Below are positions 1-12,135 of a DNA stretch of 64,000 bases, in pieces; position 1 is the first letter of the stretch; every line of letters starts with the position of its first letter. Position numbers and translations under genes: made by a program. Origin of the DNA: Eledone cirrhosa (taxonomy: Eukaryota); the NCBI GenBank assembly GCA_964016885.1, contig OZ024743.1, positions 295,120,001-295,184,000 of the forward strand. Reading direction: 5' to 3'. The notes under the pieces were generated by a model that saw only the letters and a program-made list of their open reading frames with translations, had not been told where the DNA came from and searched no databases.

Positions 1-281
1 TAGCCTAATTCTTATTTTGGTGTACTAACTCGTATTTATGGTTAGATCTAGAACTTCAATGCAAAGATATTTGTTTTTCACCTATGATGAAGATGGTATA
101 ACCATAAAATGTTCAGATGGATTGCTTCTTCATACGAGAAACTGAAAATATAAAAAAAACACTTAATTGCAAAAACATTGGAGCTATCAGAGGAAAACTA
201 AATTCATATTTGAATTCAGCACACTCAAATTAGGTAACAGCAAGTGTCAGTATCAATGACCAAAATTGTTGTTGACCAGTG
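1..281. mobile_element. Terminal fragment of a DNA transposon, probably Chapaev3/CMC-like (runs off window start)
   Basis: Ends in ...AAAATTGTTGTTGACCAGTG followed by TTA. Subterminal ATTTGAATTCAGCAC...AAATTAG motif resembles CACTG-terminated Chapaev3-type ends with TWA target sites (recalled, not searched). Confidence 0.45.
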
Positions 282-308
282 TTATTATCATCGTCATAAA
301 TATTTTAA

Positions 309-528
309 GGTAGGCTGTTTGGCAGTAACAGTAGCGCGTCGAACAACATACTTTACAGCGGATAGGTAAAGCCATTTACAATCTGAGTTTACATCACACT
401 AATGTTAGCTTTGCCTGTCAACTTTACGGAGTCGATAAAATGAAGTACCAGTAATGCACTGTGTCGACTTAATTGATCCTCCATTTCCATTGAAATATCT
501 GGTCTTGTGTCTGAATCAGAAAACATTA
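309..528 (+). mobile_element. Degenerate Octopus-type tRNA-derived SINE
   Basis: TGGCAG A-box-like head, CTGAGTT.A B-box remnant, CTTTGCCT..CA...GTCGATAAAAT.AAGTACCAGT core, GGTCTTGTG 3' part. Aligns by eye with 42039-42227. Confidence 0.75.
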
Positions 529-924
529 ATACTATTTTGATATCTAGTTCCAAGTTATTATTCTCTGTTCACATAGGCTCGGTAAAGTATTTTACATGGA
601 TATAGTAGCCATCTGCCATTGACTCAATACTGTATAGGCTCCCATTTAAAAGTTTTGGCTGTGAGCATAGTCGAGAGAAAATTGATATTTTAATACTTTT
701 ACTACGATGATTACTTTTCTATTAAAAAACAACTGAAAGAAAATAATGACATTTTTTCTTGTTTTTCGTCTTAAGAAATAAATTCAATGGTTTGTAAGGA
801 AATGGTTGGGGAACAACAGTAAAAGATATAGCGAAAATTATGTGTAATATTAAAAATAGCAAACAAATCTAAAAAATAATACATTTCAAAATATGTTTCC
901 AAGCTAATGACCCACAAGAGGTTT

Positions 925-1436
<512 letters not shown>

Positions 1437-1837
1437 TCTTCGATATTCTTCACAATTATAAGACGAGAAATCTATAATTTTAAGCTAGGGTAGTATAATA
1501 TTTTATCTTTACATATTGTAAAGATACCAACAGGCGATATTTATGATGAGATTGTTAAATGCTGAATCTATTTAGGTTGACTATACGTAATACTTTGTGA
1601 AGTGTGGGTAAAAATATACATTTATCTGTGTGCGTACCTTAAATATATGCCATAGTATTTCTGACTATATATATATATACAAGTGTAAAAAAGGGAAAAG
1701 GAGACACTCTATTTCATACTGTGCTGGCAATTATAGAAATTATTCAGGAAACAATGAATCCGTTAATCGCTTACTTATGTCAGATTTATAAAATCTCGTA
1801 TATCCTGCATGATGTGTGTGTGTATATATATATATAT

Positions 1838-1962
1838 GGAGAATAGGGTGATTGTGTATTTGCTAGATAAGTTAGGCTTAAAAATAAAAATAAGAATAAG
1901 AAGAAATGAAGAACGAGGGAGGGGGGCGTTCCTCATCAGTAGTCTACTGGGGTTCTCGGATA
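1838..1962 (-). repeat. Dispersed repeat 3'-end fragment, same family as 23001-23125
   Basis: Reverse complement TATCCGAGA..CCAGTA.AC...TGATGAGGA...TTTTTAAGCCTAACTTA.CTAGCAA.TACACA...CCTATTCTC is shared with 23001-23125. Both copies abut microsatellites. Confidence 0.7.
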
Positions 1963-2274
1963 ATTCTACGCTTTAAAGACAATATATCTATCCCCAGAAC
2001 GTTCAATAAGTTATTGGGAAAACGGAGGATGGAGGGAAGGAAAATAGAAGGGTAAAGGGAAAAAAGGGAAGAAAAGAGAAAAACAGCGAAAAAACAACAA
2101 ATCGAAGAATATACGAGCAACTTATATATATATAATATGGTGAGTTTGTTTGAGCTAATTCATATGACAGCAGGGTTTTACAGGACCTACACAATTAACC
2201 CACGCTTAGTATATCACTGAATAGACGCTGCATGTGATTTTAATCATGTAACTTTCTGTCCACATAATATGCGT

Positions 2275-2346
2275 CTGGTGAGGACGTAACTGTAACATAA
2301 CAGCTACCATCGAAACATGTATAACAGTGATTGTGTTACAAATAAA
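2275..2346 (+). ncRNA. Degenerate minimal type-I hammerhead motif in a probable PLE pseudo-LTR remnant
   Basis: CTGGTGA (A6G vs CUGAUGA), then hairpin TAACTGT/ACAGCTA, then CGAAAC-ATGT-A with palindromic stem III (ACATGT), then AATAAA at 2341. Stem I is eroded. Confidence 0.5.
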
Positions 2347-2430
2347 TTAGCTAAATACTAACCTACAAATTTCTACGTAATTGTTATGCATATATATATG
2401 TCTGTATGTATGTATATATATATGTAAATG

Positions 2431-2475
<45 letters not shown>

Positions 2476-3049
2476 GAATATGTATTTTTATATATATATG
2501 TGTGTATATATATGTGGGGTGTATGTGTGTGTCTGTGTACGCATCGATGTACTTATATCTAGAGGATGACAATAACAATGTAGCAACTTATTTTCTTCTC
2601 ATCTGACTATTCTGTCCTTTTTATTATTCTTTGTGTCTGTTTTCTCTTCGTCTATCAAAAGACATATTAAGTCTTCAGAAATAGAAATAACCCTACCATG
2701 AACAAATTGATAAAGTCTATTGAGCTCTCTTCTGAATTTTTTTTTTTTTGCACAAAAATACCCTAGCTTAAGAGTTCGTGTCTAACATACATACACGGCC
2801 AGGAATCTCCTTTTGATGTGGCGTGCAGGGAAACAGTCATTTATATCCACTTCACTGTTATTTTGTTCTAACGATTCCAGAAAGATTCAAACGTAGAACG
2901 GAAAAAAAAAGCTGAGACAAATTTCTAATTTTTTTTCCGACGCTCTTACCTTCCTCGATGCTCACTGCCCTCCTTAATTTAAATATCAATATTACAACAC
3001 ACTCTATAATCCCTACATACTATACTTGATTGTCTTTGCATATTAATGG

Positions 3050-3232
3050 TTTCTAACTTAGGCACAAAGTCACCAATTTTGGGGGATGGTAAAGTCAATT
3101 AAATCGACCCCGTAAAGATGAAAGGCAAAGCTAACCTTGGTGGCATTTGAACTCAGAATGCAAAGGGCCCTAACTATACGCCGCAAAACATGATATCTGA
3201 TTCTCTATCGATACTGCAAATCCACTTCCCTT
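3050..3232 (-). mobile_element. Octopus-type SINE (reverse)
   Basis: TTTCTAACTTAGGCACAA...ATCGACCCCGTAAAGATGAAAGGCAAAG...ATTTGAACTCAGAA is the reverse complement of the SINE core and B-box. Confidence 0.8.
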
Positions 3233-3399
3233 CTTGTGTGTATCAATAATGCTATTTTTATTTATTCACTAACTATTTCGGAAAAAGTATGTTAATTGCT
3301 TCACAATCAAACGATCATAGGTGCCTATCTGTAGCTTACCAACATCAAACTAATGCTAACTAATTTATTAAACATTGCATTAGATCTTTATTCAAGTAA

Positions 3400-3840
3400 G
3401 CCCTCCCATACAGGAAGGAAGACGAATTATTATACATCGAATACAACTTCAGCCATCCCATAACAAGGAACTAATATTGCCGTGTTAATGTTACAACGAA
3501 ACAACGAAAACTGTTATTGTCAATGTCCTTAATTGTCTCCCTTGGATTGCTGTGTGAGGCAGTATGCCGGTATGTGTCGCAATGATTCTGTTTATGACTT
3601 CGTTTCAAATTGGATCTTAAATTCCAAGGAGACATAATATACCTAGTGCTTCCGCGTGTTAGCAATGCATCACATACAGCCAGTTGCACCAAATGGCTAT
3701 ATCATTTTAATGGAGAAAAGTTATGCCACTTATCTCATTGTATGTCATTCGATACTAAATCTGTTCTAAAATTCTAAATCGTCATAATATATTGAAATAT
3801 ATCGTCTGACATTAAATCCAAGCGTCGTATATCCAGTTCT
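3400..3840 (-). pseudogene. Highly decayed Helitron-type PIF1 helicase fragment
   Basis: Minus-strand pieces IYDA..QTIYFNIL.RFR, ALLTRGST and ETIKDIDNNSF occur in the same order as PIF1 motifs LDAPGGTGKTFL.N.IL, ATLL.GG.T and DRTL.DI.NN. Many stops and frameshifts. Confidence 0.35.
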
Positions 3841-4420
3841 CTTACACAACTAGTTCGAACACGTTCATTCACTGAATAGTAATAAATATAACATCATCAA
3901 CATCATTATCGTCAGGACCATCATCAATAACAGGTACAACGAATAAAGAAAACAAAGAGAACAACAAGTACAACAAGCATAACAATAATAATAACACCAA
4001 ATGTAAGCGAGAGACACATTACAAAATTTAAATCACACAAACAAACAACAAAAAATAAATAAATAAAATGAATTATATAAAATGCAACAGTATATTTAAG
4101 GAGAAGAAATGGGGAAAAGCTGCAAACACATGAATGACGCAAAGATGATAACATATTAAAAATGTATTACGAAATTTGTGATGATAAATATCGGAGACTT
4201 AAACTGTCAACAGGAATTTAGATAACCGTACAGATGTATTAAAGTTACTACCAACTGAAATGAGAATATAATAAGCTTATTTCATTTTTATGTATATATA
4301 TATATTCGACACAGACATGTATGTATATGCATGTATACAATCGTATACATATGAGTGCGTTTGTATGAATGTGGGTATATATATATGTATATATATACAT
4401 AGATAGATAGATAGATAGAT

Positions 4421-4503
<83 letters not shown>

Positions 4504-5072
4504 AGGATATACTCTATATCTGTTTACACATGTGAGTGTTAGAGTGTGATACGTAAGTAGTAATAGGAATGTTAAAAATTCAATTCATCTGTACATTTTA
4601 CTAGCCTGAGCAAAGTTAATCTTGTAGAAAATTTGATCGATTTCATGTTTTCTCACCAAAACGTTTTAGTTGAAGGAAATTTTCTAGAGAAAAATTCGAG
4701 AAATTGAAATTTATTCTAGCTTCTTTCGTTTCTGTTGTACACTATAATATAAAACACTATTAAATAAATCCTTCACACGTTCTCTCTCCATTATGTATCA
4801 TCAATTTCCTTTACTGCCTATATAAAGATTACTACATGTGCTTTTTGTCGTACATCATTTACTCTTCATTTTACTCGTATCCACAATTTAGATATATCTA
4901 TATTAACTATATATGAAATTCGCACTCTTCTATATACAGATATAACTTTATCATTTATACGAATTTATGCGCATAATTTTTCAAACACCATATGATCAGC
5001 CTCTACTATGCTGGGTGTCTATTTTTCCATATTTCCCTTTATCTCCCTCGTTCTCACATACACATCTCTCTT

Positions 5073-5210
<138 letters not shown>

Positions 5211-6780
5211 CATATATATATATAAACGTTTGTAGTTTTAAGGCCAAAAAAATGCACGTATGGATATAGAATATAAATGCAAATGCAAAAGATATTGTTG
5301 ACAATTAGTCTTTTACCTTAAATTTATTTAAATAACTTCCTCCTATATATATATATATATATATAGGTATTGAAGTTTCCGTTGAAAATTGAAAAAGGCA
5401 TAGGCGTGAAGAGTTCTCTATGTAAGTGCCAGAGCTAAATTTAATGTATAATAAACAATACAATATAATTACCTCATTACCAGAGGTTTCCTGAATAAGA
5501 CGAATACGAAAAACGTCCTCATTCATTCGTCGGATAAGGCAATTTAAAACATAGTGAAATATTTGAAAAATCTCCTCAAGAAAGGCAACACTTTAACGGG
5601 CAAAAAAATATAAATAAAAGTAATGCAAGAGATATATAAAAAAATAAGGAAATATAGTTAGGGTATGTGTATAAATGTGTGTATATTCACTCACAAATGT
5701 ACATATATGTGTATATACAAATGCATGTGTATAGTGAAAGAATATGTGCGTAAGTACATATATGAGGGCAAGCATATCAGTGTATGTGTGACCACAAATA
5801 CGTATATAATATATGTTGAAAAAGGAATTGTAAGTTAATAGAGTTAACGTACATCCAGATACAGGTATTAAGGAATGAAATATACACACATACAAGTATG
5901 AAAGCACTCGTATAAACACATACACACGCACGATCACACACATACGAATGATGTATAGAGGGAAGGGAGTCTATCAGCCAAAGAGGTGTCAGTTTGAGGC
6001 TCGATACATATAAAAATGAAACAATATAAGAGAATAAACATTTTTAAATCAAAGAGAAAGTAAGAGGGAGGGGTTATCAATTATAAATTAACACTAGAAA
6101 AAAAGAAAACAAACATAGGTTCGTACGTACACACATATATATATATATATAAATATATATATATAAATACGTACAGACAAAAGCACATACATGCGTACAT
6201 ACATATAGAGGCGCGCATACATACACACGAAGCACATATATATATATATCGGCACATGTATATCTAATCACACGTACGTACGCGACTATATATATATATA
6301 CATATACACACATACATATACATACATATATATATATACATGCATATACACTCACACACGTATATATAAGTATGTAAAAAACATAGATATAAAAACACAC
6401 ATACACACACATATATACACACACACGCACAGATAAGGAGGCGTTCGTATACAAATACAGAACGCATACACATACATGCACACTCACACGCATAGATACA
6501 AATTATAAACCAGCCGTATGAATAAATGAATACAAATATAAAAGCGGCTGTGAAGCAACATAATATATCTGGATTTGAAAACGCAAGTTAACATGTAGTG
6601 AAAGAAAATGTGGAATTGTGAAGATATTAGGTAAGTGAATCAAAAAGTAGGGGGGGGGGGGTCACTGGTGGATGTGATGTAAAAATAAATAGAAATAAAA
6701 AAAATAAAAATAAAGTTAAAAATAAATCAGAAAGAGAAGCCTGTAAAGAGGATAAATATAGGAAAGTGAAGAAGAAGAAT

Positions 6781-7029
6781 TCATGGAGGACAAGTATCTG
6801 AAAGTGAGTTAAGTTTATATGAGCTGGAAAGCAAGTGTGATTTCATGTGTGGGCAACTGGGGAACATTTCTGTTTTTGCATTTAGGCAGGTTTTTGGTGA
6901 TTTAAGAATCTGTAAAATCCAATATTTTTCACTTATGCAGAGTGTGCATCTTCTTGTTCCTCTTGCATATTCTTTAGATTGGTTCAAAATTGACCAATCC
7001 AATTTATATTGGATACCTTGGTCTTTCAA
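6781..7029 (-). pseudogene. PLE GIY-YIG endonuclease C-terminal fragment
   Basis: KDQGIQYKLDWSIL..Y...RCTLCISEKYWIL...LNAKTE...CPH. Same motif set as 29102-29512 and 23223-23384. Confidence 0.85.
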
Positions 7030-7268
7030 ATCCCATTATGCACACTCATATATGTACTTACGCACATATTCTTTCACTATACACATGCATTTGTATATAC
7101 ACACATATGTACATTTGTGAGTGAATATACACACATTTATACACATACCCTAACTATATTTCCTTATTTTTTTATATATCTCTTGCATTACTTTTATTTA
7201 TATATTTTTTGCCCGTTAAAGTGTTGCCTTTCTTGAGGAGATTTTTCAAATATTTCACTATGTTTTAA

Positions 7269-7346
7269 ATTGCCTTGTCTGACGAACGAATGAGGACGTT
7301 TTTCGTATTCGTCTTATTCGGGAAACCTCTGGTAATGAGGTAATTA
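7269..7346 (+). ncRNA. Type-I hammerhead-like motif, family P1 (other copies 5466-5543(-) and 62906-62985(-))
   Basis: CTGACGA 7279-7285; stem II CGAATGAGGACG/CGTCTTATTCG; GAAA 7322-7325; stem III CCTC/GAGG; GTA triplet 7340-7342. Stem I is weak. Confidence 0.7.
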
Positions 7347-7366
7347 TATTGTATTGTTTAATATAC

Positions 7367-7463
<97 letters not shown>

Positions 7464-7547
7464 TTAGATATATGTATATACACACACACGCACTTACATA
7501 TATGTATATATGTATGCATACACACACACACACACACATACATACAT

Positions 7548-7614
<67 letters not shown>

Positions 7615-7616
7615 TA

Positions 7617-8168
7617 CAGGCGTTGGACAAAATAATGGTAACACCAGACATCATAGCATCATAATTTTGAAATATCTATAAAACCGTCAAAAGCTTGTAT
7701 ATTTTTATTGTTCTCAAGGTGGTCATTAAGCTCTGCAGTAATTTTGGGAGCTGTACTTTTGTGACCCTTTCTAACAATTCGCGTAATAGTCCGACGGTCC
7801 CTATCTGAAAGTTTTGGTTTTCTTCCGGAGTTTTGTTTCGACGAGGAGGTTTTCCCTCTTTCTCAAAGGCTGTCATTAATTTCGAGATAGTACTCCTTGA
7901 TACACCAAGCATTTTGGTTGTTCTCGTTACGCTAGCACCAACAATTTGACCTCTTTGAAAGTCCGATAGATCTGTAATTTTAATGAATTTTAATTATATT
8001 TTTCTGATGATATCTGAAAAGAAATAGCAATTTTAACAAAACATATTAAGCAACACTAATAATACATAAAAAAAACATAAAAATAAACAAGCTTTTGACG
8101 GTTTTATAGATATTTCAAAATTATGATGCTATGATGCTAGATGTTTCCATTATTTTGTCCAACCCCTG
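7617..8168 (-). mobile_element. Tc1/mariner (Tc1-like) internal-deletion derivative
   Basis: About 82-bp TIRs (CAGG.GTTGGACAAAATAATGG.AACA... at 7617 and its complement ending at 8168). TA on both flanks. Minus-strand transposase N-terminus (DLSDFQRGQIVGA..LGVSRSTISK..GRKPKLSDRDRR), with the DDE domain missing. Confidence 0.9.
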
Positions 8169-10494
8169 TATATATATAAGTGTATTATGTGCGTATGATT
8201 ATGTGCATGTGGGCGTTACAATATAAATTATTGCTACAACTTTTTCTTAGGCCGTTTTGACGATAATGGCTTCTCAAGAAAGTCAAGTATCGGAAAAACT
8301 GTGAAGTAATCAGTATCTATAAAGATTAAACAGCATTTTGAATTATGAAATATGTATGATACATACATACGTAAAGTATTTATTTATACAAACCTAAATA
8401 TATACATGCAAACTATACACCCGTAGTTTTTACTAGGTAAAATTGATGTGTTGCCAACCTGAATTAGTTTTCTGTCTCCGAAGAATCGACTGTCTACGCT
8501 TTGAATGTGATTTACCTATTTTTCAGAATTACTAAATAATCTTTCGAGCCCGGAATCTCATAAGAGCTGTGCCTATCCCGGTTTCTGTCGCCTGAAGCGA
8601 CTGAGAGTACAAGACGCCAGTCTTTTGCAGAGTCGAATAAGCAGCTATTGGTGGTACTCATCTTCAGTTGAGTATAATGGAACAACATGAAATGAAGTGT
8701 TTTTCTCGAGAACACAACACAAATTAGTCTAGGAATCGCACCCAAATATAACCGCAGCAGCAGAGTTATCTGTCCTTTACTGTTTCATTTCTCTGGGACT
8801 TTTCTCAGCCAAATTGGCATTAAAAAGATGTTGGAATAATGATTGTATCCTCCATCGAGGTGGTTTTTATAAGAATTGTAGGGGGGGGGGGGGGCGGGGT
8901 AGGCACCTTCTTTGCATCATCTAAGCTGTCCATTTCTGGAAGGTATTCAGATATAACCGACACTTAACGCTAATTATGTAATCGTAACCTACTTCTTGTT
9001 ATTATCCCCTTTGATTCATATTTGTACTTTATCTAGCGATATCAGTTGAAAATATTTGGATTGTAATTCTTATGCCATGTATTTGAACATGAGACGAGCC
9101 ATGATCTTTCCAATAGAAGGTACATCCTCAAACTCTCTCAGATATATTTTCAACGAGGCTGATGCTCAAGTGATGTATTTTAACCAGAGTCATAGCAGTT
9201 CATGTATTTACCGATTCATCTGCTCCCATACCACCAGTATTCACATATCTGTTCAACGAGGATTAAGTTCCTTTGGGGGAAACGTGTTCCAGCAGTAGCT
9301 TGCTGGCCGATATATTGTTGCCGTCAGCCTTGTTAGGGGTATCTATTCTAGACTTTTCTCTAGCAGAGGACAAGTTCTTTTGTTGCTATCCCAATAATCA
9401 AACCAGTGGTCATCACATCATGACATTATTTCCTGGACTGGAGCAAATGGTTGTCACTCTAGTAGATCTTCTATTGTGAACACTTACTAAAAATCTACTG
9501 CGACTTATTCAACAGAGATACCGCGTGGGTTAATTTAAGTGGGTTTGCTTTTGAACAAAGACAGACAACAATCATGACTTATTAAGAGCCTCGAGACAGG
9601 CGTTTGGAAAAAAAGTATGTTATTCTCGGAACCGACACCACGTTAGAAGGAACTTCACTGAAATCAGCAATGGGGCATCACAAAATGCTAGAGCGGTCGA
9701 TGAATATAGTCTCCCATATAAAGGTAGTAGACAATCAGTCACACACAGCTTTCCAAAGTCAGTTTAAGATTTTGTTAGAAATCATTTGAGCAAGAAACCG
9801 CGCTTTGGGATCTAATGCAGATATACGTTCCGCCATGTTCGATATATGAGATGCATTTTTTTATATCTCAAATTTTGATATCATAATCTGCCTACACACA
9901 GCTGTACCTGAGACAATTTGAATAAAAGTTATTTAGTAGAGATAATTTAACCTCAAGTGAAAGTATACTCTAGTTTTAGACATATTGAACAAATGAAAAA
10001 AGTAAATGCAGAGAAATTGAAATTGTTCATTATAGATAAAATGAAAAATCTGTGGAGTCGGGTAAAGTGTTATATAAAAATTGAGATTACTTACGTTTCC
10101 TACGGCTAAGCTGTTCTTTGAAAAATTACATCTTTGGATTGTGGCAAAACGTGACAAGATAGTCAAAACTGAAATGGGTTTTTGGTATCAGTATGTTTAT
10201 GGTTTCTTCAGTACAAATTTTAGATTTGAGTCAGAAAAATATCGTGCAGAGATATTTTATGTCAGAATTTTGCTACATTTTTAATTAACTTTAATGTTTA
10301 TTTATCAATCCATCTCTCTCTCCGGGCATCCGCCTTCATTTATATCTCTCACCTCTCTCTCTCGTCTTCTCTTCATATATATATATATATATAAATACAT
10401 GTGCTTAAACACATATATGCATACACAGGCACACACACACACACACATATATATGTGCTTATATGTGTGTGCGTATGTATGGAAATATGTATTT

Positions 10495-10575
<81 letters not shown>

Positions 10576-10697
10576 TGACAGATTAAAGTTTAAGCATATA
10601 TTAAGTATATATATATATATATATATATGTATACATGTGTGTAAACACACACGTATTTATACACACTTACACACGCACATACACACACATATATATA

Positions 10698-11205
10698 TAT
10701 ATAACTGAACAAAAAGGAAAAACGAACACAGACATATATATATTGTGTTCAAATCGTAATGGATCGAGCACGACACGCTAACTTCGGGAACCATGTGCGT
10801 TATATATACACACAATTTCCAGTTTTCTATTTGATTTAGAAGTGAGGAGGATACTAATTTCTTCACCCATTGATGAGTCTGGAATTTTGTATACCTCTTC
10901 ACAAATAATATTGCGAAATTGTTCTATCAAAGACCGTCTGGGTGATGGTAGTTACCACAATACTGGTTTGTATTTATTTTTCTTAATTTATTCTTAAATT
11001 GAGTATAGCAAACCCTATTGTCTGTAGTTTGTATTTCTTTCACCATAGTGATTTTGGTCCATTACGATTTGAACACATATATATATATATGTGTGTCTGT
11101 GTTCGTTATTCCTTTTCCTTCTTGTTCAGTTATATACGGCTCGGAAAAACCTTTTTCCTAGAGCTAATTTACTGTATTGAGACTAATTTGAGTTTCTAAC
11201 TCAAT
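10698..11205 (+). mobile_element. Unclassified retro-like repeat (family P5) with a short inverted 5' arm; homologous to 33379-33927
   Basis: 10698-10768 is the reverse complement of about 11057-11136. Body and 3' hairpins are shared with the 33.4-33.9 kb copy. Lies beside (TA)n. Confidence 0.6.
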
Positions 11206-11214
11206 ACATGCTTT

Positions 11215-11297
<83 letters not shown>

Positions 11298-11303
<6 letters not shown>

Positions 11304-11806
11304 GCCACCGGAAATAACAGCTGTGAAATATACAGCTCCATCTACCTGTTAGCTAGCTACTCAACGTGAAACAAAAGAACCCTTAGAACCTACCAGAATT
11401 AGAACCTACCAGAATAAGAACCTACCAGAATAAACGCCTACACATCGACTAAACAACAAAGGATTGTTCCTGTATAAATAGAGTGGTTCCTAACACTTTC
11501 GCCAGTCGACTTTTGGCAGAGTCAGCTAGCGCATCGTTGTTCCTTTACTCTGCCACGCTTTGTCACTCACACACGCATTGCCTTGTACCCCGTATCGTTG
11601 CTTCATGTGAAAATAAATAACTGATCGAATTTATATCTCGCCTTGCTTCGTCCTTTCAACTTGTGCTTTCGTCTGTCCATCCTCAACAGTTCTTTTAAGG
11701 GCTATCTTCATATCTGATCAGAGCGTATGCGATAACAGTCCTTTTAAGGACTATTCTCGGATCTGATCAGAAGTAGTGACTAGTCTGACCAACCAGCGTC
11801 ACTACA
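11298..11806 (+). repeat. 5' LTR (509 bp)
   Basis: Matches the 3' LTR apart from about 5 substitutions and one 4-bp indel (manual count). Contains TATAAATA near 11473, AATAAA near 11612 and a 3x AGAACCTACCAGAAT-type tandem. Confidence 0.95.
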
Positions 11807-11808
11807 AT

Positions 11809-11825
11809 TGATGACCCGAACGTGA
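11809..11825 (+). promoter_or_regulatory. Primer-binding site, degenerate tRNA-Trp type
   Basis: TGATGACCCGAACGTGA just after the LTR, compared with the tRNA-Trp complement TGGTGACCCCGACGTGA. Confidence 0.65.
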
Positions 11826-11865
11826 GTCGAACGCGCAACCAGACAGCATCTAAGAAAATATCAAC

Positions 11866-12135
11866 ATGGACATGTCACAAACGACAGAAGCCGAGATTTC
11901 AGAACTGCGGGCTATGATCAGAGAGCGGGCTGGTCAAATTAAAGACCTCTCGAATCAGGTAGAGGACTTGATCTTTCAAACACACCGGCGACGCAGCAAC
12001 AATCGAGCCAGGCCTTTTCACAGTCAAAAATCCAGTAGTCCCAGTCAAAATCGTGTGCCTGGCAACATCTGCTGGTATCACACAAATTTCGGCGCACAGG
12101 CATCTAAGTGCAAAGCCCCGTGCTCTTTCCGGAAT
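11866..12135 (+). pseudogene. gag: Short gag remnant with a CWYH..FG..A..C..PC nucleocapsid knuckle
   Basis: ICWYHTNFGAQASKCKAPCSF preceded by an RS-rich stretch. No recognisable capsid domain upstream. Confidence 0.8.

Larger units (their letters stand above)
5442..7370 (-). mobile_element. 5'-truncated Penelope-like element (family P1) with inverted pseudo-LTR arms
   Basis: GIY-YIG C-terminus at 6781-7029(-). 5442-5770 is the reverse complement of 7039-7370. HHR motif in both arms. Right arm ends in (TA)n. Confidence 0.88.

Noticed and set aside
1905-1945. CTGATGAG on the minus strand as a hammerhead
   Set aside because: No GAAA or stem III follows; the motif is part of a simple 10-bp hairpin.
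8480-10290. Host exons or LINE/DNA-transposon fossils
   Set aside because: Faint repeat-like character but no motif I can support. The same holds for 37450-39600 and 55200-56400; short exons cannot be excluded without transcript data.
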